Positions 25,493-32,000 are shown, counted from the first letter of the stretch. The stretch: DNA of 32,000 nucleotides from Modestobacter marinus (GCF_019799945.1 NZ_JABGCH010000002.1:294219-326218), one strand, 5' to 3'. The notes: generated from the letters alone by a model not told the origin. Translations and numbers: made by a program.

Positions 25493-26421
25493 GTCCCCGC
25501 CCCGGCGGGGACGGCGAGCGCCACGCCGCCGTCGGTGACCAGCAGCGGGACCGGCTCCAGGTGGTCGGCGGTCCCGTCGAGCCCCCGGCCGGCGCGGCGG
25601 ACGTCGTAGTGCGCCGCGCACGCCGGGCAGCGCAGCACCGCGTCCCCGGCGGAGCCGCCGAGCCGCCGCTCGACCAGCCCGCCGGCCAGGCTGCCGCCGC
25701 AGCGGGGGCAGCGGTCGCGGTAGGCGTACAGGTCGCCGGCGATCCGGGCGCCGACCACGGGGATGCCGGCCACGGAGAACGCGCCGAGCTGCCCCGGGGC
25801 CAGGTCGCCGAGCCCGTCCACCGCCGTCCAGGAGGCCTCGGCGGACGGGTGGTCGCCGTCCAGCCGCGCGCGCAGCGCGGCCAATGGGATGACCGTCCCG
25901 GCGGCGGGCGCCTCCTCCACCGCGATCCCGGTGACCTCGGGCGCGGCCGCCCGGACGGCGGTCTCCACGGCGAGGGTCAGGGTGACCGCGGACGACGGGC
26001 AGCCGTCGCAGCTGCCGAGCATCCGCAGCCGCACCACGCCGTCCCCGGTGACCCCGAGGAGCTCCACGTCCCCGCCGTGCGAGCCGAGGTAGGGGCGGAC
26101 GCCGTCCAGGGCGCGCAGCACCCGGGTCCCGACGTCCTCCGGGTGCAGGCCGTGCACGGTGAGCAGGCCGGCCACCAGCTCGTCCGCCGCCAGCCGGTCG
26201 AGCAGGTCGTCGTCCAGCCGGCCGGTGTCGTGCAGGATCCCCAGCAGCCGTTCCAGCCCGGCGCCGTAGAGGTCGGCGACCAGCCGCACGAGCTCCTCGG
26301 CCCGCTCCCGGGCCACCCGTCCGCCGGCGGCGGCGGCCTCCAGCAGTGCCTCGATGCGCTCCCCGGTGGCCCCGAGGTCGAGCTCGCCGCCCTCGGGCGG
26401 GGCCCGGTCCGCCGCCGTCAT
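25489..26421 (-). CDS. NifU-domain Fe-S protein with a Rieske-fold-like C-terminal domain (HhyE-like)
   Basis: 310 aa. ATG 26421 lies 10 nt after the hhyL stop. NifU C-terminal motif YLGSHGGDVELLGV..LGSCDGCPSS. The C-terminal region has CPRCGGSL...CPACAAHYD in a Rieske-like beta context. Confidence 0.85.
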   Translation of the reverse strand: MTAADRAPPEGGELDLGATGERIEALLEAAAAGGRVARERAEELVRLVADLYGAGLERLLGILHDTGRLDDDLLDRLAADELVAGLLTVHGLHPEDVGTRVLRALDGVRPYLGSHGGDVELLGVTGDGVVRLRMLGSCDGCPSSAVTLTLAVETAVRAAAPEVTGIAVEEAPAAGTVIPLAALRARLDGDHPSAEASWTAVDGLGDLAPGQLGAFSVAGIPVVGARIAGDLYAYRDRCPRCGGSLAGGLVERRLGGSAGDAVLRCPACAAHYDVRRAGRGLDGTADHLEPVPLLVTDGGVALAVPAGAGT

Positions 26422-26431
26422 GGTCGGCCGC

Positions 26432-28222
26432 TCACTCGCCGGTGACCGACTGGGTGGGCGAGTGGGTGAGTTCCAGCGTCTTCCCGTTCCCGAGGTACAT
26501 GTGCACGCCGCACGGCAGGCAGGGGTCGAAACTGCGGACGGTGCGCATGATGTCGATCCCCTTGAAGTGCTCCCGGTCGTTCTCCTCGAAGATCGGCTGG
26601 CCCTGGACCGCGTCCTCGTACGGGCCCGGCGTGCCGTAGGAGTCGCGCGGGGCGGCGTTCCACGGGGTCGGCGGGTACGGGTGGTAGTTCGCGATCTTGC
26701 CGTCGCGGATGACCATGTGGTGGCTGAGCACGCCGCGGACGGCCTCGGTGAAGCCGCAGCCGATGGCCTCGTCGGGCACCTCGAAGGACTCCCACGTCTT
26801 GGTGTTGCCGGCCCGGATCTCGGCGAGCGCCTTCTCCGCGAAGTGCAGCGCGCAGGCCGCCGCGTAGGCCTGGAAGTAGGTGCGGGCCCGGTTCCGCTCG
26901 AGCGTGTTGCTCCACCGCGGGATGTGCCACTCCAGGGTCACCGGCCCCTTGAGCGCGGTCTTGGGCAGGTTGATCTGCACGCTGTGCCCGGTGGCCTTCA
27001 CGTAGCCGATGTCGACCAGCTGGGCCAGCGCCGTGGACCACAGCCGGGCCAGCGGGCCGCCGCCGGTGTCCAGCGCGAGGTGGTCGCGGCCGTCGAACCA
27101 GCGCGGGCTCATCACCCAGCTGTACTTGTCGTCCAGGTCGCGCTTCTGCGGCCGGGGGTTGGTGTGCTGGTTCCACGGGTGCCGGACGTCGACCGGGTTG
27201 CCCAGCGGGTCCCGCTCGACGAAGACCTCCTGGCCGACCCAGTCCTCGTAGTAAGAGCTCCCGAGCAGGATCCGGATGCCCAGGTTGATGTCCACCAGGT
27301 CGGTGGTGACCAGCCTCCCGTCGACGACGACGCCCGGGGTGACGAACATCTTCCGGCCCCAGTCCGTCATGTCCCGGTACTCGAAGTTGCAGTGCTCCGG
27401 GTCCTGGAAGGAGCCCCAGCAGCCGAGCAGGGTCCTGCGGAGACCCACCTGCTCGTAGCCGGGCAGCGCCTCGTAGAAGAAGTCGAACAGGTCGTCGTGC
27501 ATCGGCACGACCTTCTTCATGAACTCGACGTAGCGCATGAGCCGGGTCAGGTAGTCGGTCATCAGCTGGATCGTGGCCACGGTGCCGACCCCGCCGGGGT
27601 AGAGCGTGGAGGGGTGCACGTGCCGCCCCTCCATGAGGCAGAACATCTCCCGGGTCCAGCGGCTGACCTGCAGCGCCTCGCGGTAGAACTCGCCGGAGAA
27701 CGGGTTCAGCGACCGCATGACGTCGCCGATGGTCCGGTACCCGTGGGCGTCGGCGTGGGGGGCCTCGGTCCGGTCGGCCCGCGCGAGGACGCCGGGGTTG
27801 GTCTCGGCGACCATCTTCTCGCAGTAGTCCACCCCGACCAGGTTCTCCTGGAAGATGTTGTGGTCGAACATGTACTCCGCGGCCTCGCCGAGGTTGACGA
27901 TCCACTCCCCCAGGTGCGGCGGCTTCACGCCGTAGGCCATGTTCTGCGCGTAGCAGGAGCAGGTGGCGTGGTTGTCCCCGCAGATGCCGCAGATCCGGCT
28001 GGTGATGAAGTGCGCGTCGCGCGGGTCCTTGCCCTTCATGAAGATCGAGTAGCCGCGGAAGATCGACGAGGTGCTGTGGCACTCGACGACCTCCCGGGCG
28101 TCGAAGTCGATCTTCGTGTAGATGCCCAGGCTGCCCACGATCCGGGTGATCGGGTCCCAGGCCATCTCCACCAGGTTGGTGGTGGCCTCCCTGTCGACGA
28201 TGCGGGGCTGGGTCACGGTCAT
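26432..28222 (-). CDS. hhyL: [NiFe]-hydrogenase large subunit, group 1h/5 (high-affinity Hhy type)
   Basis: 596 aa. The N-terminal Ni-Fe ligand motif TSRICGICGDNH and C-terminal SFDPCLPCGVH are the group-5 L1/L2 signatures. A 22-aa tail after the His (MYLGNGKTLELTHSPTQSVTGE) is the expected protease substrate. Confidence 0.97.
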   Translation of the reverse strand: MTVTQPRIVDREATTNLVEMAWDPITRIVGSLGIYTKIDFDAREVVECHSTSSIFRGYSIFMKGKDPRDAHFITSRICGICGDNHATCSCYAQNMAYGVKPPHLGEWIVNLGEAAEYMFDHNIFQENLVGVDYCEKMVAETNPGVLARADRTEAPHADAHGYRTIGDVMRSLNPFSGEFYREALQVSRWTREMFCLMEGRHVHPSTLYPGGVGTVATIQLMTDYLTRLMRYVEFMKKVVPMHDDLFDFFYEALPGYEQVGLRRTLLGCWGSFQDPEHCNFEYRDMTDWGRKMFVTPGVVVDGRLVTTDLVDINLGIRILLGSSYYEDWVGQEVFVERDPLGNPVDVRHPWNQHTNPRPQKRDLDDKYSWVMSPRWFDGRDHLALDTGGGPLARLWSTALAQLVDIGYVKATGHSVQINLPKTALKGPVTLEWHIPRWSNTLERNRARTYFQAYAAACALHFAEKALAEIRAGNTKTWESFEVPDEAIGCGFTEAVRGVLSHHMVIRDGKIANYHPYPPTPWNAAPRDSYGTPGPYEDAVQGQPIFEENDREHFKGIDIMRTVRSFDPCLPCGVHMYLGNGKTLELTHSPTQSVTGE

Positions 28223-28235
28223 CGTCTGCCGCCCT

Positions 28236-29303
28236 TCACCAGGTCCGCTCGGCGCCGGTCACGAGCTCGGGCGACGGTCGCCGCCAGCGGGGCTCGGTGT
28301 CGACGGTGCGGGTCGTGATGGTCCGCAGCCGCCGGATCGCCGCGCCGTAGGCCCCCGACGCGGCCGTCGAGAGCCGGCTGCCCGGCGGCTCGTCCATGAA
28401 CGGCATGAACTTGTCGGGGAAGCCGGGCATGGTGCAGCCGATGCAGATGCCGCCGACGTTGGGGCAGCCGCCCACGCCGTTGACCCAGCCGCGTTTGGGC
28501 ACGTTGCACTTCACCACCGGGCCCCAGCAGCCCAGCTTCACGATGCACTTCGGGGAGCCGTACTCGGTCGCGAAGTCGCCCTGCTCGTAGTAGCCGGCCC
28601 GGTCGCAGCCCTCGTGCACCGTGCGACCGAAGAGCCAGGTCGGCCGGAGGGCGTCGTCCAGCGGGATCATCGGGGCCTGCCCGGTGGCCAGGTAGAGCAG
28701 GTAGGTCAGGGTCTCGGAGAGGTTGTCCGGCTGGATGGGACAACCCGGCACGCAGACGATCGGGATCCCCGCCTTCGACTTCCACTCCCAGCCGAGGTGG
28801 TCGGGCACGCCCATGGCGCCGGTCGGGTTGCCGGCCATGGCGTGGATGCCGCCGTAGGTGGCGCAGGTGCCCGCCGCGACGATGGCGGTGGCCTTCGGGG
28901 CCAGCCGGTCCAGCCACTCGCTGGTGGTGATCGGCTGGCCGGTGGCCGGGTCGTTGCCGAACCCGCACCAGTAGCCCTCGTCCTTGATCGCCTCGTTGGG
29001 GATCGAGCCCTCCACGACCAGCACGAACGGCTCGAGCTCGCCGCGGTCGGCCTTGAAGAACCACTCGATGAAGTCGTCCGCCCCGCCCTTGGGGCCGCAC
29101 TCGAAGTCGATCAGCGGCCAGTGGACCGCCACCTGCGGCAGGCCCGGCAGGGCACCGAGCGCGATCTCCTCGATGCTGGGCTGGGTGGCCGCGGTGAGGG
29201 CCACGGAGTCGCCGTCGCAGCTGAGCCCGGCGTTGATCCAGAGCACGTGGATCAGGGTGTCCTCAGCGGCCCGCGCGGCCTCTCGGGTGGATGCGGACGT
29301 CAT
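28236..29303 (-). CDS. hhyS: [NiFe]-hydrogenase small subunit, group 1h/5
   Basis: 355 aa from ATG 29303. No twin-arginine signal. Fe-S ligand regions: WINAGLSCDGDS, GTCATYGG, VPGCP, the C-terminal Cys cluster CIVKLGCWGPVVKCN and GGCPNVGGICIGC. In-frame upstream ATGs at 29384 and 29414 are less likely starts. Confidence 0.92.
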   Translation of the reverse strand: MTSASTREAARAAEDTLIHVLWINAGLSCDGDSVALTAATQPSIEEIALGALPGLPQVAVHWPLIDFECGPKGGADDFIEWFFKADRGELEPFVLVVEGSIPNEAIKDEGYWCGFGNDPATGQPITTSEWLDRLAPKATAIVAAGTCATYGGIHAMAGNPTGAMGVPDHLGWEWKSKAGIPIVCVPGCPIQPDNLSETLTYLLYLATGQAPMIPLDDALRPTWLFGRTVHEGCDRAGYYEQGDFATEYGSPKCIVKLGCWGPVVKCNVPKRGWVNGVGGCPNVGGICIGCTMPGFPDKFMPFMDEPPGSRLSTAASGAYGAAIRRLRTITTRTVDTEPRWRRPSPELVTGAERTW

Positions 29304-29398
29304 GTCGCCACGCTTCCCGGGGCCTCGGCACGACCGGTGGGGCCACGACCCCTGACTGCCGCTGGGGGCCGGCTCTCGGCCCATGTGTGCGGGTAGGC

Positions 29399-29416
29399 GT
29401 GTGACTACGCTCACAC
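29399..29416. promoter_or_regulatory. Perfect CRP/FNR-family-type site GTGTGA-N6-TCACAC upstream of hhyS
   Basis: TGTGA (29400-04), N6, TCACA (29411-15), read directly. The centre lies about 104 nt upstream of the hhyS ATG, in the 158-bp hypB-hhyS gap. Confidence 0.5.
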
Positions 29417-29461
29417 CCCGGCCGTGTCAAGGAGCCCGGGGACGGGTCAGGTCCGCGGAGG

Positions 29462-30220
29462 TCAGCGGGCCACGAGCCAGTCACGCCACGGCTGCATCCC
29501 CTCCCCCGTGGTCACCGACAGCGGCAGCACGCGGACCCCGGGGTTGACCGACCGGCAGTGCTCCGCGAGCCGGTCGAGCCGCACGTCGACGTAGGGCAGC
29601 AGGTCGACCTTGTTGACCACGACCAGGTCGGCGAGCGCGAACATCGTGGGGTACTTCAGCGGCTTGTCCTCGCCCTCGGTCACCGAGACGACGACGACCC
29701 TGGCGGCCTCCCCGAGGTCGAACAGCGCCGGGCAGACGAGGTTGCCGACGTTCTCCACGAAGACCAGCGAGCCGGGCGCCGGGCGCAGCTCGGCCAGCCC
29801 GCGCGCCAGCATCGCGGCGTCGAGGTGGCACCCGGCGCCGGTGTTGATCTGGACGACGCGCGCTCCGGTGGCGCGGATGCGGTCGGCGTCCAGCCGGGTC
29901 TCCTGGTCCCCCTCGACCACCGCCACCGGCCGCAGCGGGCCGAGCTCGGTGATCGTGCGGCACAGCAGCGAGGTCTTGCCCGAGCCCGGGGAGCTCATCA
30001 GGTTCACCGCGACGACGCCCCGCTCGGCCAGCCACGCCCGGTTGTGCGCGGCGAGGTGGTCGTTCTTGGCCAGCAGCGCCGTCTCGATCTCCACCACGTC
30101 GCCGGTCGGGCCGGAGGGGTGCGGGTGGACGGCGATGTGCTCGTGCCCGCCGTGCTGGGAGGCGCCGGCCAGCACCTCGACCCGGACGTCGGACCCCCCG
30201 CATCCGCAGGTCCCGCACAT
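29462..30220 (-). CDS. hypB: Hydrogenase nickel-incorporation GTPase HypB
   Basis: N-terminal MCGTCGCG metal site, a His-rich stretch [14 protein letters not shown]-loop SSPGSGKTS, and [10 protein letters not shown] and NKVDL GTPase motifs. Confidence 0.95.
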   Translation of the reverse strand: MCGTCGCGGSDVRVEVLAGASQHGGHEHIAVHPHPSGPTGDVVEIETALLAKNDHLAAHNRAWLAERGVVAVNLMSSPGSGKTSLLCRTITELGPLRPVAVVEGDQETRLDADRIRATGARVVQINTGAGCHLDAAMLARGLAELRPAPGSLVFVENVGNLVCPALFDLGEAARVVVVSVTEGEDKPLKYPTMFALADLVVVNKVDLLPYVDVRLDRLAEHCRSVNPGVRVLPLSVTTGEGMQPWRDWLVAR

Positions 30221-30248
30221 CGTCGACCCCCTCCGCTGCCCGGCCGGC

Positions 30249-30596
30249 TCAGGTCACCGCGCGCCGCTCGGCGAGCACGACCGACACCACCGACAGCTCC
30301 CGCCCGGCGACCACCTCGACGTCGGCGCTGCCGCAGCCGCAGAGCAGGACCGGGTCGCGGAGGACGAAGTCCTGCCCACAGGTGCGGCAGCGGGCCCGCC
30401 CCTCGGGACGCTCGAACTCCAGCGCGGCGCCCTCCAGGGGCGTCCCCGCGGTCACCAGCTCGAAGCAGAACCGCATCGCGTCGGGCACGACCCCGGACAG
30501 CCGGCCCACCCGCAGCCGGACGCCGGCCACCGGGACGTCCCCGGTCCGCGCGGTGACGACGTCGACGACGCCCTGGGTGATCGCGAGCTCATGCAT
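30249..30596 (-). CDS. hypA: Hydrogenase nickel-insertion metallochaperone HypA
   Basis: 115 aa from ATG 30596 after AGGAG. N-terminal MHE Ni site and Zn motifs CRTCG...CGCGS. Confidence 0.9.
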   Translation of the reverse strand: MHELAITQGVVDVVTARTGDVPVAGVRLRVGRLSGVVPDAMRFCFELVTAGTPLEGAALEFERPEGRARCRTCGQDFVLRDPVLLCGCGSADVEVVAGRELSVVSVVLAERRAVT

Positions 30597-30622
30597 CGCA
30601 CTCCTGCCCGTCCAGGGCCGGG

Positions 30623-30651
30623 ACGCTACGCCGGGCGGCGGCGCGGGTGAA
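30623..30651 (-). promoter_or_regulatory. Candidate sigma-A-type promoter for hypAB (TTCACC-N17-TAGCGT)
   Basis: Minus strand: -35 TTCACC (30651-30646), a 17-nt spacer, -10 TAGCGT (30628-30623), then a leader of about 20 nt carrying AGGAG before the hypA ATG. Confidence 0.35.
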
Positions 30652-30667
30652 GGCCCCGCGACCGCCC

Positions 30668-31228
30668 CTACTGCCCGGCCAGCCGGCGCAGCGTGCGCAA
30701 CGATTCCTCGGCCGACCAGAGCGCCAGCCGCCAGGGCGCGGTCGCGGCCGCACGGAGCAGCTCCGCGCCCAGCCGGCACAGGTCGGCGTACTCCGGAGTG
30801 CGCGGGCCGGCCGCCGGAGCGGCCGCGGACGTCGTCGGGGTGGGCCCGGCGGGGGGCGTCGTCGGGGTGGGCCCGGCGGGGGGCGTCGTCGGGGCGGCTC
30901 CGGCGGTAGGGGGCGTCGGAGCCGGCCCGGTCGCGGGCGGCGCCGGCGGGAGGAGCGCGTCCATGGCGGTGCGCCGTTGCGGCGCGCGCAGCGAGGCGAA
31001 CGACGGGATCGCCGGGGAGGGCGGGCCCTCGTCGCGGGCCGGCTCGGGCACCACTTGCCGGATCGCCGCGATCATGCCGGCGCCCAGCCCCGGGACGGCG
31101 GCGAGCTCCCGCCGGGAGAGGACGGCGAGGTCGTCGACGCTGGTGATGCCGGCGCGGATGAGCGCGGAGACCGCCCGTCCCGGCAGACCCAGCTCCCGGA
31201 TGTCGTCCCCCGGGGACCTGGTCGGCAT
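30668..31228 (-). CDS. RNA-polymerase alpha C-terminal-domain-like (helix-hairpin-helix) protein with a Pro/Thr-repeat linker
   Basis: 186 aa. The N-terminus IRELGLPGRAVSALIRAGITSVDDLAVLSRRELAAVPGLGAGMIAAIRQVV matches the alphaCTD HhH pattern by eye. A P/T/A-rich repeat region and a short C-terminal helical segment follow. Confidence 0.7.
   Translation of the reverse strand: MPTRSPGDDIRELGLPGRAVSALIRAGITSVDDLAVLSRRELAAVPGLGAGMIAAIRQVVPEPARDEGPPSPAIPSFASLRAPQRRTAMDALLPPAPPATGPAPTPPTAGAAPTTPPAGPTPTTPPAGPTPTTSAAAPAAGPRTPEYADLCRLGAELLRAAATAPWRLALWSAEESLRTLRRLAGQ
30830..30883. repeat. Perfect 27-bp tandem repeat x2 (degenerate copies continue to about 30940)
   Basis: CGTCGTCGGGGTGGGCCCGGCGGGGGG occurs at 30830-56 and 30857-83. 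It encodes PTPTTPPAG units in the minus-strand protein. Confidence 0.9.
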
Positions 31229-31234
31229 GGCCCC

Positions 31235-31240
31235 AACCTA
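31235..31240 (-). promoter_or_regulatory. Candidate -10 hexamer TAGGTT, 6 nt before ATG 31228 (leaderless mRNA?)
   Basis: The minus strand reads gcgcTAGGTTggggccATG. It is a TANNNT hexamer with no RBS. Confidence 0.35.
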
Positions 31241-31299
31241 GCGCCGCCCCGGCGGGACGCGGCGGGGACCGGGCGCAACCGACGAGCCCGGACGGCACC

Positions 31300-31730
31300 C
31301 CGCCTGCCGCCCGGCATGGTCGACCGCCCGACCGAGCACACCGGCTGCCGGACAGGACTCCGGCCGCCGTGGAGGCCCAGGTCCTGGCGATGTGCTCGGC
31401 GCGCGCGCTCGGCCCAGCCCGGATCGGTCCGCTGATCGCGCTGGCGCCCTCGACGGTGCACGCGGTGCTGTACCGCGACGGCATGCACTGCCTGGCCTGG
31501 CCGGATCGGCCAACCGGTCAGCCGGTCCGCCGCTACGAGCGCGCCCGTCCCGGCGAGCTGGTGCACGTCGATGTCAAGAAGCTCGGCGCCATCCGCCCCG
31601 CCGGCGGCTGGCGCGCCCACGGCCGCGGCTCGGCCGAACACCACCACAGCCGCAGCGAGACCAACGCCGGCCGCCGGGTCGGGTACGACTACGTCCACTC
31701 CCTCGTCGATGACCACGCGCGACTGAGCCG
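31300..31730 (+). mobile_element. IS481-family transposase gene fragment (truncated at both ends)
   Basis: The translation ..DRTPAAVEAQVLAMCSARALGPARIG..STVHAVLYRDGM..RRYERARPGELVHVDVKKLG...GYDYVHSLVDDHARL matches the middle of IS481 transposases, from the linker to the first DDE Asp region. The N-terminal HTH and the remaining catalytic core are absent. Sense breaks after about 31725. Confidence 0.75.
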
Positions 31731-31812
31731 CCACCTGCACCACCCCGCCCCAGCGAGCCGGACTAAAGGATGAGCACGTCGCTCACTCGCACGGCGCGTG
31801 TACCACGCACGC

Positions 31813-32000
31813 TCACACCAGCGCCTTGGTCTTGAGGGTCTCGTACTCCGGCTGCGAGATCACGCCGGCATCGAAGAGAGCCCGCGCCTGGGCGATCTGG
31901 TCGGTCGGGGTCTTCTGGCCTGCGACCTCCCTGATGTAGGCGTCCTGCTGCTGCCTCGACACCACGGCGCTGCGCAGCGCTCGCTCGGCCATGCCGCCAC
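31813..32000 (-). CDS. SHOCT-domain protein (C-terminal part; may run off the window, or be 59 aa from ATG 31992)
   Basis: Hand translation gives ..MAERALRSAVVSRQQQDAYIREVAGQKTPTDQIAQARALFDAGVISQPEYETLKTKALV*. The last approx 28 aa fit the SHOCT pattern. The frame is still open at the window edge. Confidence 0.55.
   Translation of the reverse strand, partial: GGMAERALRSAVVSRQQQDAYIREVAGQKTPTDQIAQARALFDAGVISQPEYETLKTKALV

Noticed and set aside
29304-29414. Longer HhyS starting at ATG 29414 or 29384 (track ORF 28236..29414).
   Set aside because: The extension (MSVVTRLPAHMGREPAPSGSQGSWPHRSCRGPGKRGD) is low-complexity and would place the CRP-type palindrome inside coding sequence. It gives no Tat motif, and 355 aa from ATG 29303 fits this subunit class. 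It remains unverified.
29402-29430. TTGACA-N17-TAGTCA as the hhyS promoter.
   Set aside because: The -35 is perfect, but the putative -10 lacks the invariant final T of TANNNT and matches TATAAT at only 2 of 6 positions. I kept it only as context for the CRP-type site, not as a called promoter.
1-32000. CRISPR arrays, rRNA genes, prophage, or defence-system genes (restriction-modification, toxin-antitoxin, Cas, abortive-infection ATPases).
   Set aside because: No regularly spaced repeats and no recognisable nuclease, methylase or toxin motifs. The two STAND-like ATPases carry LuxR HTH outputs and look like ordinary LAL-type transcription regulators rather than immune sensors.

Overview
Very GC-rich, actinobacterial-type chromosomal segment. 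I recognised no rRNA, tRNA or CRISPR array. Many long Arg/Pro/Gly-rich ORFs in the track are antisense artefacts of the GC content.

Coordinates 1-19.8 kb hold ordinary accessory metabolism and regulation:
- an IclR regulator plus an SDR;
- an NAD-binding epimerase-like gene downstream of an FAD monooxygenase that is frameshifted;
- a divergently transcribed large ATPase-LuxR (LAL-type) regulator that is also frameshifted;
- a second, intact ATPase-LuxR regulator;
- an acyl-CoA dehydrogenase, a YdhR-like protein, a secreted GH25/DUF1906-like protein and a small CBM48 protein;
- a DUF2306 membrane protein, a Fe(III)-type ABC importer (SBP, double permease, ATPase) and an alpha/beta hydrolase.

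Coordinates 20.2-31.2 kb, all on the minus strand, form a group 1h/5 ('high-affinity', Hhy-type) [NiFe]-hydrogenase locus. Its order is: RpoA-alphaCTD-like gene, hypA, hypB, hhyS, hhyL, then a NifU/Rieske-like protein and five further uncharacterised genes joined by 4-nt start/stop overlaps, then another disordered protein, the maturation protease, hypC, a protein with an internal HypC-like domain, and a small membrane protein. hypD/E/F are not in the window. The locus is bounded on the right by a doubly truncated IS481-family transposase fragment and on the left by a 420-bp AT-richer non-coding gap.

The most interesting items are:
- the translationally coupled orphan block inside the hydrogenase operon, including an all-Cys Rieske-like domain fused to NifU;
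- the internal HypC-like domain;
- a perfect TGTGA-N6-TCACA (CRP/FNR-type) site in front of hhyS;
- the alphaCTD-like protein heading the locus;
- the paired frameshifts in a regulator/monooxygenase pair;
- a perfect 22-bp palindrome with a third half-site in a divergent promoter region.
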